Below the pieces are notes generated by a model. That model made no database searches. It was not told the DNA's origin and worked only from the letters and a program-made list of their open reading frames with translations. Made by a program: the position numbers and the translations under genes. A stretch of DNA of 32,000 nucleotides from Promethearchaeota archaeon (GTDB lineage: Archaea > Asgardarchaeota > Lokiarchaeia > Sigyniarchaeales > SOKP01), in the NCBI GenBank assembly GCA_030606485.1, contig JAUWGH010000006.1:120001-152000 (forward strand), in the 5' to 3' direction. This document shows positions 1 to 8,071 of this stretch, piece after piece; positions within the stretch are counted from its first letter, which is position 1, and every line of letters starts with the position of its first letter.

Positions 1-1
1 C

Positions 2-460
2 GTGGAGAATTTTCCTGCCGGTGTAGGTAATCCAATTTTCAATAATCTCCAATCTGATATAAGTAAAGCAATATTTTCAATTCCAGCTGTCAAAGGAATT
101 GAATTTGGAGCTGGTTTTAAAGCCGCAAGAATGAAAGGTTCGGAGCACAATGATCCATGGATCATTAAAGATGGGAAAATAAAAACCTCTAAAAATGATG
201 CAGGTGGAATAATTGGGGGTATATCAACCGGAATGCCTATTGAATTTAATGTATGCTTTAAACCGACAGCATCAATCTCCAAATCCCAAAAGACGATTGA
301 TATTAAGCTGATGGAGGAGACAGAACTGATAATCGAAGGAAGGCATGATCCATGCATTGTTCCTCGAGTTATCCCTGTTGTAGAGGCTATGACTGCAGTT
401 GTTTTATTGGATCATCTCTTAATGGCTCAAAAAATTCCGCTTGTCCTTGAAGAGAAATAA
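2..460 (+). CDS. aroC: Chorismate synthase, C-terminal part (5' end lies outside the window)
   Basis: Family motifs SIPAVKGIEFGAGF, NDAGGIIGGISTG, FKPTASI and GRHDPCIVPRVIPVVEAM; the frame is open to the left edge. Confidence 0.96.
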   Translation: MENFPAGVGNPIFNNLQSDISKAIFSIPAVKGIEFGAGFKAARMKGSEHNDPWIIKDGKIKTSKNDAGGIIGGISTGMPIEFNVCFKPTASISKSQKTIDIKLMEETELIIEGRHDPCIVPRVIPVVEAMTAVVLLDHLLMAQKIPLVLEEK

Positions 461-542
461 TTATCCATTAAGTGAAAAATTATAAAATTATAAATATAGT
501 TTAAAAATAATTTAAATAAGAAAAAACTATTAACTTTAAACA

Positions 543-770
543 ATGCCGATAGAAGATACTTCATCGCAATTTATTGAATTTTATAAGAAAAAAGCAAGAA
601 ATTTAGTTGAAATTGCAATGAATCATTATAAAAATAGAGAATTAAAAAAGTCTTGCGAGTTATTAAGTCAAGCATATACTTTCTATAAGAAAGCTGGTGA
701 ATCAGATAATGCAGAGCAAGTGAAAAAAAGGTTTGAAGAGATTAAAGCCGAATTAAAGAGTGGCGTATAA
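543..770 (+). CDS. Small all-helical protein (single TPR-like or three-helix bundle), function unknown
   Basis: 75 aa ORF with ATG start, AT-rich TATA-like sequence upstream and three amphipathic helices; the pattern A..Y....E...S.ELL.QAY.FY..AG....A resembles a TPR. Confidence 0.6.
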   Translation: MPIEDTSSQFIEFYKKKARNLVEIAMNHYKNRELKKSCELLSQAYTFYKKAGESDNAEQVKKRFEEIKAELKSGV

Positions 771-778
771 AAAAACCT

Positions 779-1267
779 TCAATCTATTTCTATCTTTTTA
801 ATTTTAAGCAAAATATCTTCTATATGAGTTCCATACCAATATATCTTATTGCAAGTACGGTTAGAACATCGAAAAAATTCATTTATGTGATTATAAGTTC
901 CTTTATTCACTAAATCTTTTACATCTTCTTTATTCTCTATTCTAAATAATGTATGATTACAAACGGAACATCTTGCTTTTTCGGCTTTATACTTAAAATC
1001 GTTTTTAAACCTGATTTTAATCTGTTTTAAATATCCATATACACTTTCTCCCTCTAGAAATAAACTATTTGGAGCGGCTTTTCTGCTTAATAACTTATCT
1101 TTTGTAAGAATTATTCTATTTTCTCCATTTGCAAATTTAACGAGCTCATCATCAGGAACTGGAGTGTTATTATCACTTTCTAAATCTTTAGCATAAACCG
1201 TATCATATGCGAATATTCTCAAAAAGCGAGTTAGCCTACCTAGCATAAGGTCAGTAAGAAATTTCAT
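779..1267 (-). CDS. Mut7-C RNase domain protein (PIN-like fold plus Zn ribbon)
   Basis: N-terminal MKFLTDLMLGRLTRFLR..YDT, then RIILTKD, RCSVCN and FRC...C.KIYWYGTH match the Mut7-C/DUF82 pattern. Confidence 0.9.
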   Translation of the reverse strand: MKFLTDLMLGRLTRFLRIFAYDTVYAKDLESDNNTPVPDDELVKFANGENRIILTKDKLLSRKAAPNSLFLEGESVYGYLKQIKIRFKNDFKYKAEKARCSVCNHTLFRIENKEDVKDLVNKGTYNHINEFFRCSNRTCNKIYWYGTHIEDILLKIKKIEID

Positions 1268-1388
1268 AGAACTATTATTTTAAACTTTTTTGTGAAAATT
1301 TTCTCATTATGGGATATAAATCTGAAATTTTAATTAAAATTATACTTTAAAACAATTACTCATTTTCGATTGTAAAAAGTTGATAATA

Positions 1389-2486
1389 ATGTCCAAAAAT
1401 TTATGGAATAAAGTAACGGAAACAATTGTAAAAGCTGGCCAAATGCCTATGCCCATTAGCGATACCCTTATTGAACTATTGAAAATTATCATTACTGAAG
1501 AACAAGCTAAATTTCTGATAATTTTTAAAGAACCCTCTTTAAATCTTAACCAAATCAAAGAAAAAACAGATTTGGAGGAATCCCAGTTAGAAAAAATATT
1601 AAATGATTTAATGCATAACGGAATTATTACAGGAACAACCAGTAGAAGTACAGGGGTTAAAGTATATCGTTTAATGGGTCCTTTTCCCGGCATCTTTGAA
1701 TTTACCTTGATGAGAGGTGAAACAACAGAAAAAGAAAAGAAACTTGTAATATTATTTGATAAATTATTTGAGGAAATGAGTCAAGCAACTCAAAAAAATT
1801 ATGATATATTAATCCCACAATATAAAAAAATAATTCCTGCTATCGCTAGGGTTGTGCCAGTTGAGAAAGAGATCGAGACTCCGAAAGAAGTAGTATTACC
1901 ATTTGATGAAATCTCAAAAATTGTTGAAAAATATGATTATATTGCCTTAACTCACTGTTATTGCCGTCATGAGAAAGATCTATTGGGCGATCCATGTAAA
2001 GTTACGGATGAAAGATTAAATTGCTTTTTGTTTGGAAAAACTGCACAATTTGCCATTGAACAAAATTTTGGTAAGCCAATTTCAAAAGAAGAAGCAAAAA
2101 AAATCTTTCAAAAAGCGGAAGATGAGGGCCTTGTTCATAAGGCTTTTCACGTTCATCTAGACCCTCAAAAGGAAGAGGAAGCAATTTGTAATTGTTGCAA
2201 ATGTTGTTGTGGAATTTTTCAAATGTATTACCGAGGCGCTATGCCATACCACACGAAAACCTCATATTTAGCGGTGGTTAATGAAGAAGAATGCATAGGT
2301 TGTGGAACATGCGTTGAAAAATGTCCAATGGAAACGATTTCTTTAATAGATGATATTGCGAAAATTAATAATGAAAAATGTATTGGATGTGGGGTTTGTG
2401 CTCATCATTGTCCTCAAGAAGCAATAAAGTTAGAGTATAATAAAAGAGATGTTTTTATTCCTCCTAAAAAAATTGCAGTCAATTAA
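1389..2486 (+). CDS. 4Fe-4S dicluster protein with an N-terminal wHTH-like region and a Cys-rich middle domain
   Basis: Two ferredoxin motifs (CIGCGTCVEKCP, CIGCGVCAHHCP), plus CYCRH, CNCCKCCC and HTH-like LNLNQIKEKTDLEESQLEKILNDLMHNGII. ATG at 1389 is preferred over TTG at 1380. Confidence 0.85.
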   Translation: MSKNLWNKVTETIVKAGQMPMPISDTLIELLKIIITEEQAKFLIIFKEPSLNLNQIKEKTDLEESQLEKILNDLMHNGIITGTTSRSTGVKVYRLMGPFPGIFEFTLMRGETTEKEKKLVILFDKLFEEMSQATQKNYDILIPQYKKIIPAIARVVPVEKEIETPKEVVLPFDEISKIVEKYDYIALTHCYCRHEKDLLGDPCKVTDERLNCFLFGKTAQFAIEQNFGKPISKEEAKKIFQKAEDEGLVHKAFHVHLDPQKEEEAICNCCKCCCGIFQMYYRGAMPYHTKTSYLAVVNEEECIGCGTCVEKCPMETISLIDDIAKINNEKCIGCGVCAHHCPQEAIKLEYNKRDVFIPPKKIAVN

Positions 2487-2603
2487 TATTTTAAATGATT
2501 TAAATCATTATGATAGAATGCTTACTGGAAAATTTAATAATAAATCTTGATTTTAATCTTAATTCACTTCTAAAATTAGTAAATAATTGAGAGTTGATGC
2601 GAA

Positions 2604-3287
2604 TTGATAAAGGAAGGTATATTAAAAGGAGCAAAACGTAAGGATCCAGGCTGGAATAAGGTTAAATTTGGGGAACCATTTAAAAAAGCACTGGATCGAT
2701 TTAGAGAAGAAGTTCTCGGCCGAGATGATTTCGATCCCACATCATTATTGCAGTTTGGGCTTTTTATGTCGATGGCTGTTATTAATATATTGAAAGAAGC
2801 TGAAAAAAATTTTGGTATAGATGGTCAGAAAATGGTAAATGATGCCTTGATTAAAACTGGCTATGAAGTTGGTAAACAAATACTTAAAGATATTAAAATC
2901 CAATTTGATATTTCAGATATCGAATTAATAAGCTTTTTTGCGACCATTATAAATACTCAGGCTTGGACATCAATTGAAGATCCCCGAATTGTTAATGATG
3001 ATGAATGCTCATTTGATATTTTGTGGTGCCCGCTTCAGGATGTTTATTCTGCATTTGATTGTCGAGTTCAACGTTATTTGGTGCAAGGCCTTATTAATTA
3101 CTTCAGAGAGGTATATACTAAATCTGATTTTCAAGTGGAATTTAAATCAACGATTCCAGCCGGAGCAGATTGTTGTAAATTTATTTTTTCTCGGAAAAAG
3201 CATGGTGAATCTGATAAATGGGAGATCTATTCAAAGGAATTAGAAAAAAGAGCAATAAGAAGGTTAGAAAAAAGAAAAAATAAATAA
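2604..3287 (+). CDS. V4R / L-2-amino-thiazoline-4-carboxylate hydrolase-like small-ligand-binding protein
   Basis: C-terminal pattern CSFDILWCP...DC...VQG...VEFKSTIPAGADCCKFIF is typical of the V4R/ATC-hydrolase fold. Confidence 0.65.
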   Translation: MIKEGILKGAKRKDPGWNKVKFGEPFKKALDRFREEVLGRDDFDPTSLLQFGLFMSMAVINILKEAEKNFGIDGQKMVNDALIKTGYEVGKQILKDIKIQFDISDIELISFFATIINTQAWTSIEDPRIVNDDECSFDILWCPLQDVYSAFDCRVQRYLVQGLINYFREVYTKSDFQVEFKSTIPAGADCCKFIFSRKKHGESDKWEIYSKELEKRAIRRLEKRKNK

Positions 3288-3298
3288 TCTCTTTTATA

Positions 3299-5491
3299 TT
3301 AGATATGGAGTTTCATTTTCCAAAAAACCAATTTTTTTTGGATTTCATTTATTCCTGCTTCATCTAATACTCCTGGAACACTATTAAGATCAGATATACT
3401 TCGATTAATCGCATCTAAAACACCTGAAAATCCCTTTATCTTTAAAATAGTATCATGTAGCTTTCCTAACAATATGGAAATTTCAACCGCAGATTTTTTA
3501 TTAAGAGATTCTTTGATAAAGTTAAAATATTCGGATAGAACTTCAATAGTAGTTATTTCCATCTTTTCAAAATCCATTATTGAGACGGTTTTTTGTTCTT
3601 CAATAATCTTTTGTTTAGAAACTAAAGACTCTTCCGAAATTGGTGCAGGAGGCTCTATTTCTTCTTGAACTTTAATCTCCTCTTTACTAGGCTCAGGTGG
3701 AAATTCTTTTTTTATCTCTTTTTGAGGTATTTTTGGTTTTTCAAGTGATATTTGAAGTTTTACTGGCTTTTCAATTTCTGATTTAACCACACCTTTATGA
3801 GGACTGTAAAAAACATCTTTTTGAGCTCCGACCCAAGCATCCTCCAAAATTGGTACAAAGATTTTAATATGTTCTTCAATAATACTGCCAATTCCGGCGA
3901 TTTCAGTTTTCATTTCACCTCGAATTTCCGTTTTCGAGATAACACAAATAACCACCTCTTCATAATCTCTATTAATTGCCCATAGATTCTGTAATCTTCT
4001 ATGTCTATAAGAAACATTAGTCATTTGATCTAATTCTTGTAAGATTGCCATATGAGCTGAGGAAGATGGATTAATATTTGCAGCAATTCTAATATTTACA
4101 TGTGATCGTAGTGCTTTTAATGCATCAATATCTATATCCGTAATCTCAGGGGCTACAATTAATATTCTCATTTTAGCCTTTGAAATTTCTTCGTTGATAT
4201 GGGCTTTAGCACCTTCAATAGATCGTATAAACCAAATATCCCTCATAGAAAATAAGGTCACTCTTTTAGCCCTTTCCCAGAATTCAGCGGTAACCTTTTC
4301 ATTAATTTCCAACCTTCTGAGAATATCATCTAAAACATCATCTAAGGTTTTCATTACTTGGTTTGTAAATATATTTTTTAAACCAATAAGTGGTGCTGAA
4401 ATGTTGTCAGTAATTCCAGAGAGTTTCTCTTCCGCCATTACGATTGTTTTACTAAAGCTTTTACTCATATCGGCAAAAATTTCATTTATATTCTCTCCAG
4501 AACTTGCCGTTGTTTTAGTGATCTCATTAATATTGGTAATTAAATTACCCAATAAAGTATTTAATTTTAAACCAAATTTAGAGCTCATTTTTTCATTAAT
4601 TCGCTCTAATCCCACCGCAAAAACTTTTTCTATTACTTGATCTACGGTTTCTTGAATAACTCCAAGTCGTAACTTTTTTAGATTTTCTGAAATTGTACTT
4701 CGAATATCCTCAAAATTCTTACTTAAATCTCCAATTTCTGTTACCATAATTTTTTTTGATTCTTCCTCAATATCCTCAAGTACTTGGGTAACCGGTCTAA
4801 TTTTATCAATTTCAGATAATCTTTTTTCAAAAGCAACTTTTTGAGCATTCATCTTTGATAGCATGTCTTGTTTTAAAGTATTCATGAAATCACCGTAATC
4901 TCGTAATGTCTTAAGACCTTCAGTTTTTTCTTCAAATTGAGAAAATGATCCCTCTAACTGAGGTGAAATATTTTCTTTAATATTTCTTATATAAGAATTA
5001 AAATCTTGTAATTGACTAATTAATGCAGCATAAGGAGGTAATGCAGAATAGTGGGGAGTAGCTCCAATAATTTTTTTATATAATCCTTTTTGAACAAATT
5101 TTTCCGCAATAACTTCGCAATCTTCTTTTGGTTTGCCAATTAAGATTGACATTTCTCCAAGAGATACAGCATCTCTACCTGTTGTTAAAAAATATAATTC
5201 TATTTCATCATCAGATAATTCAATATCACTTAATACTTGTTTTGTTAGTTCCTGAGAATAGGATACATCCTTCTCTAAAATATCTTCGACTTTGAAATTT
5301 ACAATTTCCAAGTATTTATTTAAATACACTATTAATCTATGAGGAGGTGTTCCATGAACATCCACTTTTTTAATAGGAAATTTGGTTGTATTATTATATT
5401 CATCAGCTTTAATTTCAAACTTGATCTCTTCCAAACAAAGCTTACATGTGAAGGGAATTGAAACTTTATCTTTACCATTAAATAAATCCAT
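3299..5491 (-). CDS. Multidomain protein, copy 1: CxxC..H..H Zn-binding domain, TrmB-type wHTH, long helical/coiled-coil region, degenerate PLD-like domain, Pro/Lys/Glu linker, C-terminal helical domain
   Basis: FTCKLC...HGTPPH; TrmB-like LSDDEIELYF...SLGEMSILIG...KGLY...PHYSALPP; IWFIRSIEGAKAHINEEISKAKMRILIVAP matches the start of a TrmB/PLD-like C-domain. Clear paralogue of 12011-14218. Confidence 0.7.
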   Translation of the reverse strand: MDLFNGKDKVSIPFTCKLCLEEIKFEIKADEYNNTTKFPIKKVDVHGTPPHRLIVYLNKYLEIVNFKVEDILEKDVSYSQELTKQVLSDIELSDDEIELYFLTTGRDAVSLGEMSILIGKPKEDCEVIAEKFVQKGLYKKIIGATPHYSALPPYAALISQLQDFNSYIRNIKENISPQLEGSFSQFEEKTEGLKTLRDYGDFMNTLKQDMLSKMNAQKVAFEKRLSEIDKIRPVTQVLEDIEEESKKIMVTEIGDLSKNFEDIRSTISENLKKLRLGVIQETVDQVIEKVFAVGLERINEKMSSKFGLKLNTLLGNLITNINEITKTTASSGENINEIFADMSKSFSKTIVMAEEKLSGITDNISAPLIGLKNIFTNQVMKTLDDVLDDILRRLEINEKVTAEFWERAKRVTLFSMRDIWFIRSIEGAKAHINEEISKAKMRILIVAPEITDIDIDALKALRSHVNIRIAANINPSSSAHMAILQELDQMTNVSYRHRRLQNLWAINRDYEEVVICVISKTEIRGEMKTEIAGIGSIIEEHIKIFVPILEDAWVGAQKDVFYSPHKGVVKSEIEKPVKLQISLEKPKIPQKEIKKEFPPEPSKEEIKVQEEIEPPAPISEESLVSKQKIIEEQKTVSIMDFEKMEITTIEVLSEYFNFIKESLNKKSAVEISILLGKLHDTILKIKGFSGVLDAINRSISDLNSVPGVLDEAGINEIQKKLVFWKMKLHI

Positions 5492-5530
5492 CTTTTATCT
5501 TACACCTGTTTTTTCTTTCTAATTTTTTAA

Positions 5531-6784
5531 TCACCAATCAACCTTTTCAGGGTAAGTAACCTCTAATAATTCCAAGGCTTTTTTTGCAATTTCAATTGAT
5601 ATCTTTTGTTCTTTATCTTCAGATTTAAAAAATTCTCTAATTTTAGGTAATAAAAATTCGGGAAAAATAATAAGTGGCTTAATATCAGTAAGTAATATTA
5701 CCCAACCTTGATCTTCTTTATCTTTAAGTGTAGTAACTATTTTTAAATCTTCTAAAATGCTTAATATAACCTCAATGTCAAACCAATCCGAAAAAATTTT
5801 AGGGAGTTTGTCCAATGGATAATAAGAATTTCTCATTAATGCTAAAAAATCATAACTATCCGGATTTAGAAGTAATCCGGAAATTTTTTTCAACTCTTCA
5901 ACAGATTGTTTATTAACATCATAAGTTGAAAAATAATCTGCAACTTTATCTTTATATATATCATATAAATTTTTCTTATTTTCCCTTAAACGATTTAAAA
6001 TATTTTCATTGGGTAATCTTGCCAATAAAATATCCTTAGTTAAAAACAAATATTCTCCCTTATTTTTGACGATTCCAGTTTCTTTGTCCTTTTCTCCTTT
6101 TATCCAATCACGTCGAATTAAATTTAATTCTAAGAATGGGTCAAGCAATACATCTATATTTATATTCGGTTTCATTCTTTCTAAGATACCTTTTAATTCT
6201 TTTTTTGCGATTGGTCGTTCTCGTAATATCTCTAATATTTTTAATCTCTCATCACTGTGAAAAATTAAAGATGCTTTCTGTAATTTATCTAATTGAGATA
6301 ATCGATCAATTTGAAAAATAGTAAATTTTAATTCACTTTCTATTTTAGAGTGAATTTTCTCAAGCAGAGAAATTTGTTTTAAAGGATTAATATTTATTAA
6401 CTTCTTGAAAATTAAAAGTAATCTTTTTGCCATAGTATTAATTAGATCTTGGAATATTTCTACCTCATCATCCAGTTCAAAAAATGAAATAGTAATATAT
6501 TTTGAACTATCTGTTTCTTGCCTATAATATGATACTACTTGATAAGGTGTTTCCTTCAATCTTCCTGTATAAAAATTACTAAATGCGCCTTTATCTTTAA
6601 ATATCCCAGTTGTATGCTGATAAAATATACCAAAAATATCGTTTATAGAAATTAATTCCGTATAATTGGATTCATTGAACTTTTTGTTATGAAAAATTAA
6701 TTTTATTGGTCTAAATTCTGGCTCAATTTCGCCCGACTCTTCTTGATTTAGAATAAACTGAAAATTTAATATGCCTTGGATCAT
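5531..6784 (-). CDS. Longin-like N-terminal domain plus two winged-helix domains, copy 1
   Basis: Strand/helix pattern b-b-a-b-b-b-a-a from MIQGILNFQF; wHTH-like ERLKILEILRERPIAKKEL...LLDPFLELNLIRRDW and PDSYDFLALMR...LEDLKIV. Paralogue of 18171-19418; ends 39 bp before the 5491 start, so probably co-transcribed with it. Confidence 0.55.
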   Translation of the reverse strand: MIQGILNFQFILNQEESGEIEPEFRPIKLIFHNKKFNESNYTELISINDIFGIFYQHTTGIFKDKGAFSNFYTGRLKETPYQVVSYYRQETDSSKYITISFFELDDEVEIFQDLINTMAKRLLLIFKKLININPLKQISLLEKIHSKIESELKFTIFQIDRLSQLDKLQKASLIFHSDERLKILEILRERPIAKKELKGILERMKPNINIDVLLDPFLELNLIRRDWIKGEKDKETGIVKNKGEYLFLTKDILLARLPNENILNRLRENKKNLYDIYKDKVADYFSTYDVNKQSVEELKKISGLLLNPDSYDFLALMRNSYYPLDKLPKIFSDWFDIEVILSILEDLKIVTTLKDKEDQGWVILLTDIKPLIIFPEFLLPKIREFFKSEDKEQKISIEIAKKALELLEVTYPEKVDW

Positions 6785-7320
6785 TCAAAATCATTCCCGG
6801 AAAGATTATTTAATTTCAATTTTAGTATGCACATTAGATTTATTATAATCTTATACTATAATTATTATATTCAATCTTCATTAATATATTGTTACCTTAG
6901 AAATTCTGATTAAATTTAACAACAATAATTAATTTTATCGAAAACACTTAAATTGTTTTTTGTGCTGTATCTGAGAGAAAAAAAAAACCTATTAGCTAAA
7001 AATATTTTTCTTATAGAATTAACCAAGGAAATTTATCATGATTGCAAATTATTTTAAAGAATGCAATTTCTTTTGCCCTAAGATTTAAGAGATGAGTTAT
7101 TGATGGGATACTCGCTGATTTCAAATGCAAATAAAATGATATAGTAGAATGTTATTTTTAAAAAATTTCATTTATCAGCAAATTATGAGAAATGTAAATA
7201 TTCGTTCCAATTTTCTTTTTTTTATTTTAAATTTTAAAATGCAAAATTACACTGTTTTTAACTTGTTACTTAAATATTTGTGAATATATATTTAGATAGA
7301 ATAGATTAAAATTTCTTAAA

Positions 7321-7821
7321 ATGCCTATAAAGAAAATAGAAGAAATCCCGATAAAAGGGTTAAGTAAGGAATTACAATTAATTATCTTTTTTTACCAAGA
7401 ATATAAAAATAATAATAAAAAAATTGCAGCTGATCAAATTTTTAAAAGGTTTCCACCTCCGGGAAGTGTTTCTTATAACTTAGATAAATTAACAAAACTT
7501 GAATTTTTAAAAAAAGAAATTCTAAATGGCACTTCGCAAAAGTTGGGACAACCGAAGGTTATATACAGTATAAATCCAGACCGTCTTCCTGATGTTGAAC
7601 AATATTTAAAAGAAAATTTATCCCTACTTAAACCCTTATTTTCAATATTATTTGCCGACTCTTCTGCTTCAGAATTGAAAGATAAAAACATTCTTAGACT
7701 TTTTGAAGATTTGAAATTTGAATTAAAATCATATTTAGAAGATCTAAAAATCAAAAATACTCCTAAACAAGTTAAAAAATTGTATGAGAAGATATATCAC
7801 TTTTTTCTTGATAATTCTTGA
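7321..7821 (+). CDS. Winged-helix protein, putative transcription regulator
   Basis: IAADQIFKRF..PGSVSYNLDKLTKLEFLKK...GQPKVIYSIN fits a helix-turn-helix plus wing with a G-x-P-K-x-x-Y wing motif; the C-terminal half is helical. Confidence 0.65.
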   Translation: MPIKKIEEIPIKGLSKELQLIIFFYQEYKNNNKKIAADQIFKRFPPPGSVSYNLDKLTKLEFLKKEILNGTSQKLGQPKVIYSINPDRLPDVEQYLKENLSLLKPLFSILFADSSASELKDKNILRLFEDLKFELKSYLEDLKIKNTPKQVKKLYEKIYHFFLDNS

Positions 7822-8071
7822 GTCTAAAGAAATCTTCCTTCTATAGGCAATGTTTAATTTCATATATTTTTATTTTAAATTTTAAAATATAATCTTATTA
7901 AGTACCAAATACGACTCTAAAATTAAATTATTACTGTTTATTAAACCTATGAAGAGTCAAAAACTTTTTAATAAATTAACAAAAGAGTTTAAATATTAGA
8001 TTGATATTAATAAAATTAAATAAAAAGTTACTAAAAAGGGAGATATATTTTAAAAAAAAGGTGAATTTATT

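Noticed and set aside
1340-1693. 117 aa minus-strand ORF, and other short overlapping ORFs in the track (e.g. 2002-2184, 8248-8460, 11434-11730, 15811-16146, 20458-20892, 26424-26705, 28250-28642, 30021-30383)
   Set aside because: Shadow frames overlapping well-supported genes, with no recognisable motifs.
4194-4640. 148 aa antisense ORF, with a counterpart at 13017-13358 in the paralogue
   Set aside because: Both lie wholly opposite the helical region of real genes. An open antisense frame is expected from Lys/Glu/Ile codon bias, and the product is Ser/Ile/Phe-rich with no motif.
3299-5491. SMC or methyl-accepting chemotaxis protein annotation for the coiled-coil proteins
   Set aside because: No Walker A/B motifs, hinge or MCP hairpin signature; any similarity would come from generic coiled-coil composition.
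6785-7320. 536-bp intergenic region as a possible ncRNA or small ORF
   Set aside because: Very AT-rich, only tiny ORFs and no convincing stem-loops; adequately explained as a divergent promoter region.
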